Shown: one piece after another, positions 1-9,601 of the stretch
Numbering within the stretch: the stretch's first letter is position 1
Layout of the letters: the number at the start of each line of letters is the position of its first letter
Assembly: GCA_025929585.1 (NCBI GenBank)
Contig: JAICPY010000001.1
Coordinates: 29,802-93,801, forward strand
DNA: 64,000 nt
DNA from: Steroidobacter sp.
Lineage (GTDB): Bacteria; Pseudomonadota; Gammaproteobacteria; Steroidobacterales; Steroidobacteraceae
Direction of reading: 5' to 3'
Program-made: the position numbers and the translations under genes
The notes under the pieces: model-generated
Told to the model about the DNA's origin: nothing
The model's database searches: none
What the model saw: the letters and a program-made list of their open reading frames with translations, nothing else

Positions 1-370
1 AGAGCCATCGGGGCAGTGTCACCCGGCATGGGGATGGACCGGGTTAACCGTCCACTCAGGGAGGTCAGCGGACGGGAGCATCCTGGCCGACGCTCGATAG
101 TTCAGACGTCTCAATCCCCGGAAAGTTCCGCTACTTTTGAACGCCGAAATTGTGAAGAAAATTTCAGAATTTCAGTCGCTTATAGGCGACGTCGGTGATC
201 GGAAAAGGTCGTGCTCGTACGACGAGCTGTAGTGCCGAAAAAGGGCCTTTCGTTGCCGAAAAGCCACAAAGAGGTTTGCGAGTCAGGGGGTGACGCAGTG
301 ATAACGACAGATGCGGTTTCAGATCTTCTGTCCTCGCTCACCGTGTCCACCACATCACCCAATGACTCGT

Positions 371-892
371 TCACAGGAACGTAAAGGTAAACCCGACAGA
401 GAGCATGTTCAGCTCGTCGATATCATCCACATCGAAGATCTCGTATTCCGCACGCAGGCTCATGCTCCAAATCCGGAATTGCGCGCCGACGCCATAGGCG
501 AGGTCGGTCCCGTCTTCCTTGACTAAGTCGCCGAAGCCGGCGGCTGAGAGCGTTCCCTCCCAACTGACCAATCCGCCTTTCGCGAACAAATCGACGGGAC
601 CCACCGCGAGAAAGCCGACCGCAAATGCCGAGATGCCGTCGGCGTCGAGCTCGAACCCGCTATCTTCCGCCTCGCCGAAATTCACGTAATTTGCTTCAAC
701 CGCCAGCCAATCAAGCGGGCGAATTCCAGCGATGACCTTGAATCCGGTGTCATCGCCGTCCAGGCTGAAATTGCCTTGCTCCAATTCGGCCCGCGCCTGG
801 CCAATGCTGCCGCCGACATAGATGCCGTTGTCTGCCGCCAGAGCCGTAGAGCCGCAGCTCAATAGCACGGCGAGTAGTAATACCTTACGCAT
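371..892 (-). CDS. Outer-membrane beta-barrel protein (OmpA-like/porin family)
   Basis: Signal peptide MRKVLLLAVLLSCGSTALA, alternating beta-strand pattern, C-terminal aromatic (FTFTFL). Start moved to the ATG at 892 from the ORF-track start at 958. Confidence 0.85.
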   Translation of the reverse strand: MRKVLLLAVLLSCGSTALAADNGIYVGGSIGQARAELEQGNFSLDGDDTGFKVIAGIRPLDWLAVEANYVNFGEAEDSGFELDADGISAFAVGFLAVGPVDLFAKGGLVSWEGTLSAAGFGDLVKEDGTDLAYGVGAQFRIWSMSLRAEYEIFDVDDIDELNMLSVGFTFTFL

Positions 893-971
893 GTCTTCTC
901 CATTAGTAGCTCGTCCAAGATCCTGTTCAAGAATGCATTGCTGAGCTGAAGGTTGCATGAATAGGAGGGAA

Positions 972-1045
972 GGCGATAGGCGATAGGGGATAGGGGATAG
1001 ATAAAATAGGAGGGACCGTATGCACGGCGCCTATCCCCTATCCCC
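972..1045. repeat. Inverted 7-mer tandem array, GG(C/G)GATA type
   Basis: Four units at 973-1000; two complementary CTATCCC units at 1031-1044. Confidence 0.9.
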
Positions 1046-1051
1046 TTCTTC

Positions 1052-3775
1052 TTAATGCGCATCGTCCCAGTTCTTTCCAGAACCGGCGTCGACACGTAAT
1101 GGCGTGCGCAGATCTGCAGCATCGCACATCAATTTGCGCACCTGTGGGATGAGCTCCTCGACGAGGTCTTCGCGAACCTCGAATACCAACTCATCGTGAA
1201 CCTGCATGATCAAGTGCGCATCGATCTTCGATGCTTGCAACCAACGATCCACTTCGATCATCGCGCGCTTGATGATGTCCGCGGCTGTGCCTTGCATCGG
1301 CGCATTAATTGCGGCGCGCTCGGCTCCTTGCCGCAGATTGTTGTTGCGCGAGTTGATTTCATTCAGATATAGGCGCCTGCCGAAAACCGTTTCGACGTAA
1401 CCGCCTTCGCGCGCCTGTTGGCGAGTTTGATCCATATAGCGGCGCACGCCGGGATAGCGTTGGAAATACAGATCCACATAATGCTGCGCTTCGGTGCGGC
1501 TGATGCCGAGACGACTGGCGAGTCCGAACGCCGACATGCCATAGATGAGTCCGAAGTTGATCGCCTTGGCGGAGCGACGCTGATCCGCGCTGACTTGATC
1601 GAGCGGGATGCCGAATACTTCTGCTGCCGTTGCTTGATGGATGTCGCGGTCCTCGCTGAAGGCATTCAGCAAACCGGCGTCTCCCGATAAGTGCGCCATG
1701 ATGCGAAGCTCGATCTGCGAATAGTCCGCCGCGACGATCAGCCATCCTGGAGGGGCGATGAAAGCTTTGCGTATGCGTCGTCCTTCGGTCGTTCTTATCG
1801 GAATGTTTTGCAGGTTGGGATCGGCGGAAGACAAACGTCCGGTGGCAGCAACCGCTTGCTGGTAGGTCGTGTGCACGCGGCCAGTCTTTGGATTGATCTG
1901 TAGCGGCAGCTTGTCGGTGTACGTCGATTTCAGTTTCGTGCAGCCTCGATATTCCAGGATCGTGCGCGGCAGCTCATAGCTTGCAGCGAGCTCTTCGAGC
2001 ACGTCTTCGGCGGTGGAGGGCTGACCGGTCGGCGTTTTTCGCAACACAGGCAAGCCAAGCTTGCCGAACAAGACCTCTTGGAGTTGCTTCGGCGATTCGA
2101 GCGCGAATGGGCCACCGCCGGACTGATGTGCTTGAGATTCCAATTCGCGCATGCGAGCAGCTAACTCACCGCTTTGCTGCTTCAGTAACGTGCCGTCGAT
2201 CAACACGCCGCGTTGTTCCATTCGGAACAGCACGGGTTCCAGGGGCTGTTCGATCTCCTCATAAAGCTTCTTGACGCCAGGAGCACTCTCGATCTGCGGC
2301 CACAGAACATGATGAAGCTGTAGCGAGACATCGGCTTCTTGCGCGCAGTGCGAGGTGGCAGTGTCGATTGCAATCTGGTTCACCCCGAGCTGCTTGGCTC
2401 CTCTGCCCGCGATGTCCTCGTAACCGATCGTCTCGAATCCAAGGTACTTACGCGCGAGTGACGGCACGTCGTGCTTGACCGCGGTGCTGTTCCAGACGTA
2501 CGACTCCAGCATCGCATCGAAGCGCACGCCCGCAAGCTCGATACCCAATCGTTTGAAGATGTGCGAGTCGAGTTTCAGGTTGTGTCCGGTCTTGATCACA
2601 TTCGGATCTTCCAGCAAGGGCTTCAATTCATTCAGCGCTTCGGATTCCGGCAACTGTGAAGGGGCGCCCGGATAGTCATGGGCGAGCGGCAGGTATGCGG
2701 CTTTTCCAGATCCAATGCAAAAGGAGAGCCCCACTAGCTGCGCTTGCATGTAGTCCATCGAAGTCGTCTTCGTATGGATCGAGATCAACGGCGCTGAACG
2801 CATGCGTCCGATCCATTCGCGCAGCGCATCCATCGTCGTGATCGTTTCATAAGCTTGAATCGGCGGCGCGCTCGAGCTCGGCGCCACAGTCGGCATCGTT
2901 GATCCTTGCTCTCCAGGAGCCGCGGCGTCGAGCTGCCGCAAGTGCGAGCGCAACTCCAAGCGGGTGTAGAGCTCGCGCAGACGATCGCGGTCTGGATCTC
3001 GATGAATGAGCGAGTCATAGGACTGTTCGAGCTCCAGATCACAGTGCAAGGTCGCGAGCTTGCGCGAGAGCTCGAGCTCCGTGAGGCTCGCGCGCAAGCT
3101 TTCGCCGACTTTGCCGGCAATCGCGCCGGCATTCTCGATGAGCTTATCGAGCGTGCCGTACTCGTTGAGCCATTTCGCCGCGGTCTTCGGTCCAACTTTC
3201 GGAACGCCGGGAATGTTGTCCGATGTGTCGCCGACGAGGGCCAAGTAGTCGATGATCTGCTCCGGGTAGACCTCGAACTTGTTCTTCACGCCTTCCCGAT
3301 CCAGGCGCGAGCCCGTCATCGTGTTCACCAAGGTGATCCGATCTCGCACGAGCTGCGCCATATCCTTATCGCCAGTAGAGATCAGAACATCTACATCCTC
3401 GCGCGCTGCACGCACTGCTAGGGTTCCGATCACATCGTCCGCTTCCACGCCTTCGATCCGAATCAACGGCAAACCCATAGCAACCACGCAATCGAGCAGC
3501 GGTTGCAGCTGCGAACGCAAATCATCCGGCATCGGCGAGCGCTGTGCTTTGTACGCCTCGAACAAATCGTCGCGGAACGTGCGGCCGGGTGCGTCGAACA
3601 CCACGCCGATCAGCTGCGGTGATTCCTCCTTGCAGAGTTTCTGCAGCATGTTGAGCACACCGAGCACAGCACCGGTCGGCTCGCCTTTCGAGTTCGACAA
3701 GGGCGGCAGCGCGTGAAAGGCGCGATACAAATACGAGGAACCGTCGACGAGAACGAGCTTGCGTCGAGTGCTCAT
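1052..3775 (-). CDS. polA: DNA polymerase I
   Basis: 907 aa. 5'-3' exonuclease N-terminus (LVDGSSYLYRAFHA, EADDVIGTL), motif A (ADYSQIELR), motif B (RRSAKAINFGLIYG), motif C (QVHDEL). Confidence 0.99.
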   Translation of the reverse strand: MSTRRKLVLVDGSSYLYRAFHALPPLSNSKGEPTGAVLGVLNMLQKLCKEESPQLIGVVFDAPGRTFRDDLFEAYKAQRSPMPDDLRSQLQPLLDCVVAMGLPLIRIEGVEADDVIGTLAVRAAREDVDVLISTGDKDMAQLVRDRITLVNTMTGSRLDREGVKNKFEVYPEQIIDYLALVGDTSDNIPGVPKVGPKTAAKWLNEYGTLDKLIENAGAIAGKVGESLRASLTELELSRKLATLHCDLELEQSYDSLIHRDPDRDRLRELYTRLELRSHLRQLDAAAPGEQGSTMPTVAPSSSAPPIQAYETITTMDALREWIGRMRSAPLISIHTKTTSMDYMQAQLVGLSFCIGSGKAAYLPLAHDYPGAPSQLPESEALNELKPLLEDPNVIKTGHNLKLDSHIFKRLGIELAGVRFDAMLESYVWNSTAVKHDVPSLARKYLGFETIGYEDIAGRGAKQLGVNQIAIDTATSHCAQEADVSLQLHHVLWPQIESAPGVKKLYEEIEQPLEPVLFRMEQRGVLIDGTLLKQQSGELAARMRELESQAHQSGGGPFALESPKQLQEVLFGKLGLPVLRKTPTGQPSTAEDVLEELAASYELPRTILEYRGCTKLKSTYTDKLPLQINPKTGRVHTTYQQAVAATGRLSSADPNLQNIPIRTTEGRRIRKAFIAPPGWLIVAADYSQIELRIMAHLSGDAGLLNAFSEDRDIHQATAAEVFGIPLDQVSADQRRSAKAINFGLIYGMSAFGLASRLGISRTEAQHYVDLYFQRYPGVRRYMDQTRQQAREGGYVETVFGRRLYLNEINSRNNNLRQGAERAAINAPMQGTAADIIKRAMIEVDRWLQASKIDAHLIMQVHDELVFEVREDLVEELIPQVRKLMCDAADLRTPLRVDAGSGKNWDDAH

Positions 3776-4035
3776 CGATCGCTCGGCTGGGTAGGTGGGC
3801 TTGCAGGATCCGCAGGAGATGTAGGCGCGTGAGTGTCCGTAGCGGGCGCGTCTTGCGTTCCCGGTTTGGTCTTCCGATCTCGCTGAGACTCGGGTGTTGG
3901 ATTGCTCGGCACTTGCTCCGGCTGCGCAACTTCTTGCGCCGCTCGATCAGGCAAGTACAACGGACCAGTTTGGCCGCAGGCGCTTAAGCAGAGGCAAGCG
4001 GCTGCAACGAGCGTGAGTACGTAGGGCACCTTCAT
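3772..4035 (-). CDS. lptM: Small lipoprotein, LptM/YifL (LppL) family
   Basis: Lipobox LSAC followed by the family motif CGQTGPLYLP; low-complexity tail; overlaps the polA start by 4 nt. Confidence 0.8.
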   Translation of the reverse strand: MKVPYVLTLVAAACLCLSACGQTGPLYLPDRAAQEVAQPEQVPSNPTPESQRDRKTKPGTQDAPATDTHAPTSPADPASPPTQPSDR

Positions 4036-4058
4036 GGTGGAAGTATAGCGCTGAGAGC

Positions 4059-4158
4059 GTGATGGAAGTGATGGAGGTGATGAAGGCCAGAATAGAGCGT
4101 CGATGCCACTTACCTACATCACCTACATCACTTCCATCACCTTCGTCACCTTCATCAC
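4059..4158. repeat. Inverted 9-mer tandem array, GTGATGGAA type
   Basis: Three units at 4059-4085; five complementary-type units at 4114-4158. Confidence 0.9.
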
Positions 4159-4163
4159 TGTCG

Positions 4164-4589
4164 TCACGTTACTTCCAACACCGCCATTGTGATCCGGGAA
4201 ATGCACACGAGGCGTTCCTGCTCATCGACGATGCGGATCTCCCAAACGTGGCTGCGCTTACCGATGTGAATCGGACGTGCCGTGCCGATCACGAATCCCT
4301 TTGCGATCGCACGCACGTGATTAGCGTTGATCTCTTGCCCAACCGCGCGATACTTACTCGGATCGATAACCAAGCCTGCCGCTACGCTGCCCAGAGTCTC
4401 TGCAAGCGCCACCGATGCGCCGCCATGCAAGATGCCGAACGGCTGACGCGTTCGTTCATCCACCGGCATGCGACCTTTCAAGTAGCCATCACCGAGCTCG
4501 ATGAACTCGATACCTAATTGACTCGCTAGCGTCTGACAGCGAAAGTGAATTTGGTCCAGAGAGTAGGGGTGGAACCAGAGCTGAGTCAT
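4164..4589 (-). CDS. Hotdog-fold thioesterase (PaaI/MenI-YdiI-like)
   Basis: Motif QPFGILHGGASVALAET, then EINANHVR; 141 aa. Confidence 0.92.
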   Translation of the reverse strand: MTQLWFHPYSLDQIHFRCQTLASQLGIEFIELGDGYLKGRMPVDERTRQPFGILHGGASVALAETLGSVAAGLVIDPSKYRAVGQEINANHVRAIAKGFVIGTARPIHIGKRSHVWEIRIVDEQERLVCISRITMAVLEVT

Positions 4590-4590
4590 G

Positions 4591-4713
4591 GTGACGGGTG
4601 ACCGGTGACGAGTGACGAGTGACGAGCAAGATGGTGAGCTGGACTATTCAGATCTTACTAGTACGTGATGATTCTGGTATTCACATGCTTGCTCGTCACT
4701 CGTCACCCGTCAC
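4591..4713. repeat. Inverted 7-mer tandem array, GTGACGA type
   Basis: Five units at 4591-4625; three (T/C)CGTCAC units at 4693-4713 containing the argH stop. Confidence 0.92.
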
Positions 4714-5899
4714 TCTCCTTCTTTAATGCTTTCCCCACCCGTCGATACGCATCCCGGAACGGAATGCCTTCCTTCACGACCATTTCGTTCGCTTGGGCGG
4801 CGGCGTGGATCGAGGGATCGAGTTTGATTCGGTCGGTGCGGAATTTCACGCCTTCGAGCGCCGCGGGCAGAATATTCAGAGTGTCTAAGCACAAATCGAT
4901 GCTGCGGAAGAGCGGGGCTTTGATCAGTTGAAGATCGCGCTGATAGCCCGAAGGGAGTTTCGCGGTGATGGCCATGACTTCAAACAAGCACGCCTGTGCA
5001 GTGGCGGTGCGGCCCCGGATCAGCTCGAATACATCCGGATTACGCTTCTGCGGCATGATCGATGAGCCGGTCGTGAAGGCATCCGGCAAGCTCACGAACG
5101 AGAATTCTTGCGTGTAGAACAAAAGCAGGTCCGAGGAGAGGCGACCGACGTCCTGCATGACGAGCGCGATTTCGAAACCGAGTTGCGCCTCTGCCTTGCC
5201 TCGCGAAAGCTGTACGGCAGTCAGCGGCTCGTGAACCGAATCGAAACCCAATCGACGGCGAGTCTCTTCACGATCGATCGGCAAATTCGGCGAGCCGTAG
5301 CCCGCTGCAGAGCCGAGCGGACTTTTGCCGACGCGGCGCTGCACTTGCTTGAGACCTTCCGCATCATCGCGCAGCTCCGCGGCGAAACCGCCCGCCCACA
5401 GAGCAACCGAGCTCGGCATTGCCTGCTGCATGTGAGTGTAGCCAGGAATGGCTATGGCGCCATCGCGGCTTGCGAGATCATCCAGTGCTGCGGCAACGGT
5501 GAGCACCCGCTCGGCCAACGCGTCCACTGCATCGCGCAGGTACAAGCGCACCGCGGTGAGCACCTGATCATTACGCGAGCGTCCCAAGTGCACCCGTTTG
5601 CCTGCATCACCGATCCGCGCGGTGAGTAGTGTCTCCAGTGCGGTCTGGCCGTCTTCGTGCTGCAACGAAACGTGCCATTCACCGCGGCTGTGCTCTTCGG
5701 CGATCTGCGTCAGTCCACGCCGAATCGCTTCCAGGTCTTCGCTCGACAACAGGCCATTCGCATTCAGCATTTCGGCGTGCGCGATCGACGCTCGCACGTC
5801 ATACGCAACCAAACGATTGTCGAGGCCGTGATCTTCACCGGCCGTATAGCGCAGCACTCGCTCGTCGAGCGGCGCACCTTTGTCCCAAAGACGACTCAT
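4703..5899 (-). CDS. argH: Argininosuccinate lyase (short, 398 aa)
   Basis: RLWDKG N-terminus, GRSRNDQV, GYTHMQQA, fumarate-lyase signature GSSIMPQKRNPD; last gene of the arg operon. Confidence 0.96.
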   Translation of the reverse strand: MSRLWDKGAPLDERVLRYTAGEDHGLDNRLVAYDVRASIAHAEMLNANGLLSSEDLEAIRRGLTQIAEEHSRGEWHVSLQHEDGQTALETLLTARIGDAGKRVHLGRSRNDQVLTAVRLYLRDAVDALAERVLTVAAALDDLASRDGAIAIPGYTHMQQAMPSSVALWAGGFAAELRDDAEGLKQVQRRVGKSPLGSAAGYGSPNLPIDREETRRRLGFDSVHEPLTAVQLSRGKAEAQLGFEIALVMQDVGRLSSDLLLFYTQEFSFVSLPDAFTTGSSIMPQKRNPDVFELIRGRTATAQACLFEVMAITAKLPSGYQRDLQLIKAPLFRSIDLCLDTLNILPAALEGVKFRTDRIKLDPSIHAAAQANEMVVKEGIPFRDAYRRVGKALKKESDG

Positions 5900-5908
5900 A
5901 GGAATGAA

Positions 5909-6054
5909 GCGGTTAGCGGTTAGCGGTTAGCGGTTGGTTTAGACGCGGAGTACGAGCCGGCTTACCGCGGGCAAAGCGACGTGCACCTGGGGCAACGCTG
6001 TGTATCTCGAAGCATGACGCATTCATTCTGTTCTCCGAACTAACCGCTAACCGT
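5909..6054. repeat. Inverted 7-mer tandem array, GCGGTTA type
   Basis: Four units at 5909-5936; two TAACCG(C/T) units at 6041-6054. Confidence 0.9.
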
Positions 6055-6065
6055 TTCCCTCTTAT

Positions 6066-6992
6066 TTATACCGCTTGTTGCTCCGCTGCGCTCAGCACGC
6101 TGACGTTCTCGACGACCAGCGTGCCGGTGCCTTCGTTGGTGAACACTTCGGCGAGGATGCTGTCGTGTGATTTGTAGGAGATCACATGCACGCGCCGCAC
6201 ACCGCCGCGGATCGCTTCTTCGATGGCTTTGGCTTTTGGCAGCATGCCATCTTTCAGGCTGCCTTGCGCTTTGAGTCTTTGAAGGCCGGCCAAATCGGTG
6301 TACGAGATAATCGAGCGCGTATCTTCCACGGACTCGAGAATGCCGGGTGCGCCGGTGCACAGCATCAGCTTCTCTGCTTTCAGCGCCGCACCGATGCCGG
6401 CTGCAACGGTATCTGCATTGATGTTGAGCAACGTGCCTTTGTCGTCGGCCGAGACGGGGCTCACCACCGGCATGAGGCCGTCATCGAGCAATTGCGACAG
6501 AACCTTTGCATCGATCAAATCTATGTCGCCGACCAAGCCGTAGTCCACGACTTCACCTTCGACATTGACCGGAGGACGCTTGTGCGCGCGCACGAGTCCC
6601 GCGTCCACGCCGCTCACGCCGACCGCCGCGATATCGAGCTCCCGGCAAATGCCGAGGATTTGCGTGTTCACGAGGCCGTTGAGCACCATGCTGGTGACTT
6701 CCATCGACTTCTCATCGGTGACACGACGGCCCGCGACGACTCGGGGCGTGATCCCTAAGGATTCTTGGATCTTAGTGAGCTGAGGACCCCCGCCGTGTAC
6801 GAGTACGACGCGAATGCCAACTTGGTGAAGGATCGCGACTTGCTCGATCAGCGCGCGTGTCGAGGCAAGATCGCCGAACACGCCGCCGCTCGCCTTGATG
6901 ACGAACACCTTGCCTTTGTACATGCGGATGTACGGTGCGGCACTGCGTAGTGCGCGAACGGCAACGGAAGGATCGGTGCGAAGCAAAGACAT
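6066..6992 (-). CDS. argB: N-acylglutamate kinase (no C-terminal acetyltransferase domain)
   Basis: LVHGGGPQ, GRRVTD, LLNINADTVA, GMLPK motifs. Start set to MSLLRT at 6992; the upstream in-frame extension is repeat-derived. Confidence 0.95.
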   Translation of the reverse strand: MSLLRTDPSVAVRALRSAAPYIRMYKGKVFVIKASGGVFGDLASTRALIEQVAILHQVGIRVVLVHGGGPQLTKIQESLGITPRVVAGRRVTDEKSMEVTSMVLNGLVNTQILGICRELDIAAVGVSGVDAGLVRAHKRPPVNVEGEVVDYGLVGDIDLIDAKVLSQLLDDGLMPVVSPVSADDKGTLLNINADTVAAGIGAALKAEKLMLCTGAPGILESVEDTRSIISYTDLAGLQRLKAQGSLKDGMLPKAKAIEEAIRGGVRRVHVISYKSHDSILAEVFTNEGTGTLVVENVSVLSAAEQQAV

Positions 6993-7014
6993 TTCGTAAT
7001 CTCGCTGAAGGTGG

Positions 7015-7146
7015 GTTGAGGGTTGACGGTTGACAGTTGGCGGCCAGAAGCACAGTGAGTGAATTGAGTGTTGGCGGTTAGGAGTTGGCAAATAACGAGC
7101 AGAGTCCGATCTTTTTTCCTGCCGTCAACTGTCAACCGTCAACCTC
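7015..7146. repeat. Inverted 7-mer tandem array, GTTGAC(A/G) type
   Basis: Units at 7015-7042; three (C/T)GTCAAC units at 7123-7143 containing the argF' stop. Confidence 0.9.
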
Positions 7147-8137
7147 GCAACAAGCGGTACAGCACTGCCATCTGCACGACCATTCGATTGAATGCCTCGC
7201 GGATGACGACGCTGCGCGGTCCATCCAATACTTCGTCGGCGACGGCGACATTACGGCGCACCGGTAGGCAATGCATGAAGTGACATTTGCGATCCGCGTT
7301 CTTGAACCAAGTGTCCTTTACACACCAGTCGCTCAGGTATTCGCGCAGGCGTGCATCCGCTTCGTTGTCGCCGTAATGCTGAGGTGAACCCCATTCTTTC
7401 GCATACAACACATGAGCGCCATCTAGTGCTTCAGTGCGATCTGTCGTTTCCCGAACCGAGCCGCCGGAGGCACGTGCCGCTTGATGCGCCTTCTCCATGA
7501 CTTGTTCAGGCAACGCAAATCCATCGGGCCGTAGCACGACGACTTCCATGCCGCGCATCGCGGCCATATGCACGGTCGCGGAGGGAACAGCCAGCGGTAG
7601 CGCGCGTGGGTGATTCGCCCAGCTCAAGACAAACTTGCCTCGGTCCGGCACGCGCAATTCATCCATGGTGTGCCAATCGGCGAGCGCTTGGCAGGGATGG
7701 TTGACGGCGGATTCCATGTTCACGAGCGGCTTGTCACACAGGTCTGCCATCATTCGAAATCCGGTTTCCGCCAGATCGGTCGCCAGATTGCGACCTTCGG
7801 CGAACATGCGAATGCCGAGTGCATCGCAGTAAGAAGCAAGCACCGGCACAGCTTCGCGTACATGTTCCGCGGCCGCGCCATTCATGATCGCCCCCGAGCG
7901 CGTTTCCATCTGCCACGTTCCTTGCCCTGGCGTGATCACGACCGCCGTACCGCCCAAGCGCATCATCGCGCTCTGAAATGAAGCGAGTGTTCTGAGCGAA
8001 GGGTTCAAGAACAATAAACCCAACACTTTCCCCGCCAACGCCTGCGGCTGCGGATGCTGCTGCAAGCGCGCAGCCAACCCCAGCAGGTCCTTGACGTTTT
8101 CACGCGGAAAATCGGCGAGATCTAGGAAGCGGTTCAT
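7139..8137 (-). CDS. argF: N-acylornithine carbamoyltransferase, ArgF' family (predicted succinyl-specific, see findings)
   Basis: SLRT carbamoyl-phosphate motif (AOTC/SOTC type, not STRT), HPCQALAD, HPRALP, FMHCLPVRR. Start at 8137. Confidence 0.93.
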   Translation of the reverse strand: MNRFLDLADFPRENVKDLLGLAARLQQHPQPQALAGKVLGLLFLNPSLRTLASFQSAMMRLGGTAVVITPGQGTWQMETRSGAIMNGAAAEHVREAVPVLASYCDALGIRMFAEGRNLATDLAETGFRMMADLCDKPLVNMESAVNHPCQALADWHTMDELRVPDRGKFVLSWANHPRALPLAVPSATVHMAAMRGMEVVVLRPDGFALPEQVMEKAHQAARASGGSVRETTDRTEALDGAHVLYAKEWGSPQHYGDNEADARLREYLSDWCVKDTWFKNADRKCHFMHCLPVRRNVAVADEVLDGPRSVVIREAFNRMVVQMAVLYRLLRG

Positions 8138-8143
8138 AAGTTG

Positions 8144-8284
8144 GTGACGAGTGACAAGTGACGGGTGACGGGCAAGAGGTATATGACGACGACTGGCCGC
8201 CATCCCGGATCGATACGTTGATGCAGCAAGGTTCTCACTGAGGCCATCTCCGTAATTTCTTTCCCGTCACTCGTCACTCGTCAC
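8144..8284. repeat. Inverted 7-mer tandem array, GTGACGA type
   Basis: Four units at 8144-8171; three complementary units at 8264-8284 containing the argD stop. Confidence 0.92.
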
Positions 8285-9453
8285 TTCGGGATGCGCACTA
8301 GCGCATCCCGAAGCTGATCCACATGCTCCCGCTCCAGCACGAAGGGCGCGAGGATTCGCAGCACGTTCGGATCGGCGCTGGTGCCGGTGAGAATGCCTTG
8401 GCGTAGCAGCTCGGCCTGGATGTCTTTCGCTGGGCGTGTCGTGCGAAGTCCGAGCAAGAAACCCGCACCTTGCGTTGCGACCACGGGGCCGACCACACAG
8501 CTCTGGCGAATTTCGTTCGAACGCTGACGAACGTTCTCGAGCAGGTTCTCCGATTCGATGATATCGATCACGGCTTCGACGATCGCACAAGCCATGGGGC
8601 CGCCGCCGAACGTCGTACCGAGGGAATCCATCTTGAGGTACGGCGCGATCATGTCCGAGACCAGCATTGCGGAAACCGGGAATCCCGCACCGAGCGCTTT
8701 CGCCGTCGTGAGGATGTCTGGTGTTACGCCGTACATGTTCGCTGCGAATGGATAGCCAGTCCGGCCGACACCGGATTGGACTTCATCGAAAATAAGTATC
8801 GAGCCGTTTTCTGAGCAACGGAATCGCAGCGCTTCGAGGAATGCCTTCGGCAGGTCGACTGCGCCAGCAACACCTTGCACGGGCTCGACGATGACTGCTG
8901 CGGTCTGATCGTCGATCAGCGTCGCGAGCTTGTCGATGTCGCTTGGCTTGATGAAGGCAACATCGAACGGCTTCTTGGGAAAGCCATACCATTTCTTCTC
9001 CGCGCCCCAGGTGACGGCTCCCGCGGCTGCGGTGCGTCCATGGAAACTTCCCTCGACCGCGAGCACCTTAGTACCGCCCGTCATCTTGCACGCGAGCTTC
9101 AGAGCGTTCTCGTTCGCTTCCGCACCAGAGTTCACGAAAAAAATCGTGTCCAAGCCCAGCCCGCAGAATTGTGCGAGCTTCGTGGCGGCACGACGCCGAA
9201 CGTCCATCGGCACTGCATTGCTTTGAAAACAAAGCGAGGTTGCTTGCTTGGTGAGTGCCTCAACCCAGCGCGGATGGCCATAGCCCAGCGCGGCAACCGC
9301 ATGCCCGCCGTAGAGATCGAGCACGCGACGGCCACCAGGCGTATGCAGGTAGACACCTTGCGCATCCACGACTTCCAGCGGAAATTGCGCAAACACAGGT
9401 GCGAGATGATCGGGTAGCGCGCGATTGATCGATGTCACGTTATCTGGGGTCAT
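8281..9453 (-). CDS. argD: N-acylornithine aminotransferase (class III PLP)
   Basis: DLYGGHAV, NSGAEANENALK, FHGRT, FDEVQSGVGRTG, AKALGAG (PLP lysine). Confidence 0.95.
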   Translation of the reverse strand: MTPDNVTSINRALPDHLAPVFAQFPLEVVDAQGVYLHTPGGRRVLDLYGGHAVAALGYGHPRWVEALTKQATSLCFQSNAVPMDVRRRAATKLAQFCGLGLDTIFFVNSGAEANENALKLACKMTGGTKVLAVEGSFHGRTAAAGAVTWGAEKKWYGFPKKPFDVAFIKPSDIDKLATLIDDQTAAVIVEPVQGVAGAVDLPKAFLEALRFRCSENGSILIFDEVQSGVGRTGYPFAANMYGVTPDILTTAKALGAGFPVSAMLVSDMIAPYLKMDSLGTTFGGGPMACAIVEAVIDIIESENLLENVRQRSNEIRQSCVVGPVVATQGAGFLLGLRTTRPAKDIQAELLRQGILTGTSADPNVLRILAPFVLEREHVDQLRDALVRIPK

Positions 9454-9463
9454 TGCTGCGGGT

Positions 9464-9600
9464 GAGAGTTAGGGGGTAATGATTAGGGGGTAGGGGGTAG
9501 TAAGAAGCTAGGTCGATGGTTTTACGGGTTAGGCATTAGCAGCAGCAGTTGCCTACTCTTAATTCTGACTATCCCCTACCCCTAATCATTACTCCCTCTC
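9464..9600. repeat. Inverted array, GGGGTAG type
   Basis: GTAATGATTAGGGG in the left arm pairs perfectly with CCCCTAATCATTAC in the right arm; TCTGAC at 9564. Confidence 0.85.
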
Positions 9601-9601
9601 C

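Noticed and set aside
30-60. Hairpin TGGACCGG...CCGTCCA as part of an ncRNA
   Set aside because: Short, at the window edge, and no family features visible.
4059-4517. ORFs starting in repeat arrays (4059-4517, 11873-12595, 42054-42497)
   Set aside because: N-termini are translations of the repeats (MEVMEV, PVTRHPS) and the ORFs are antisense to well-supported genes.
6993-7091. Long N-terminal extensions in the ORF track for argB, argF', argC, argR, DUF1611, mdh, tamA, TolC and others
   Set aside because: Extensions run through repeats or upstream genes; family homology starts at the downstream starts used here.
9467-9502. Telomere-like TTAGGG repeat
   Set aside because: Sequence is TTAGGGGG/GGGGTAG with 7-nt spacing and a complementary arm; it belongs to the intergenic array family.
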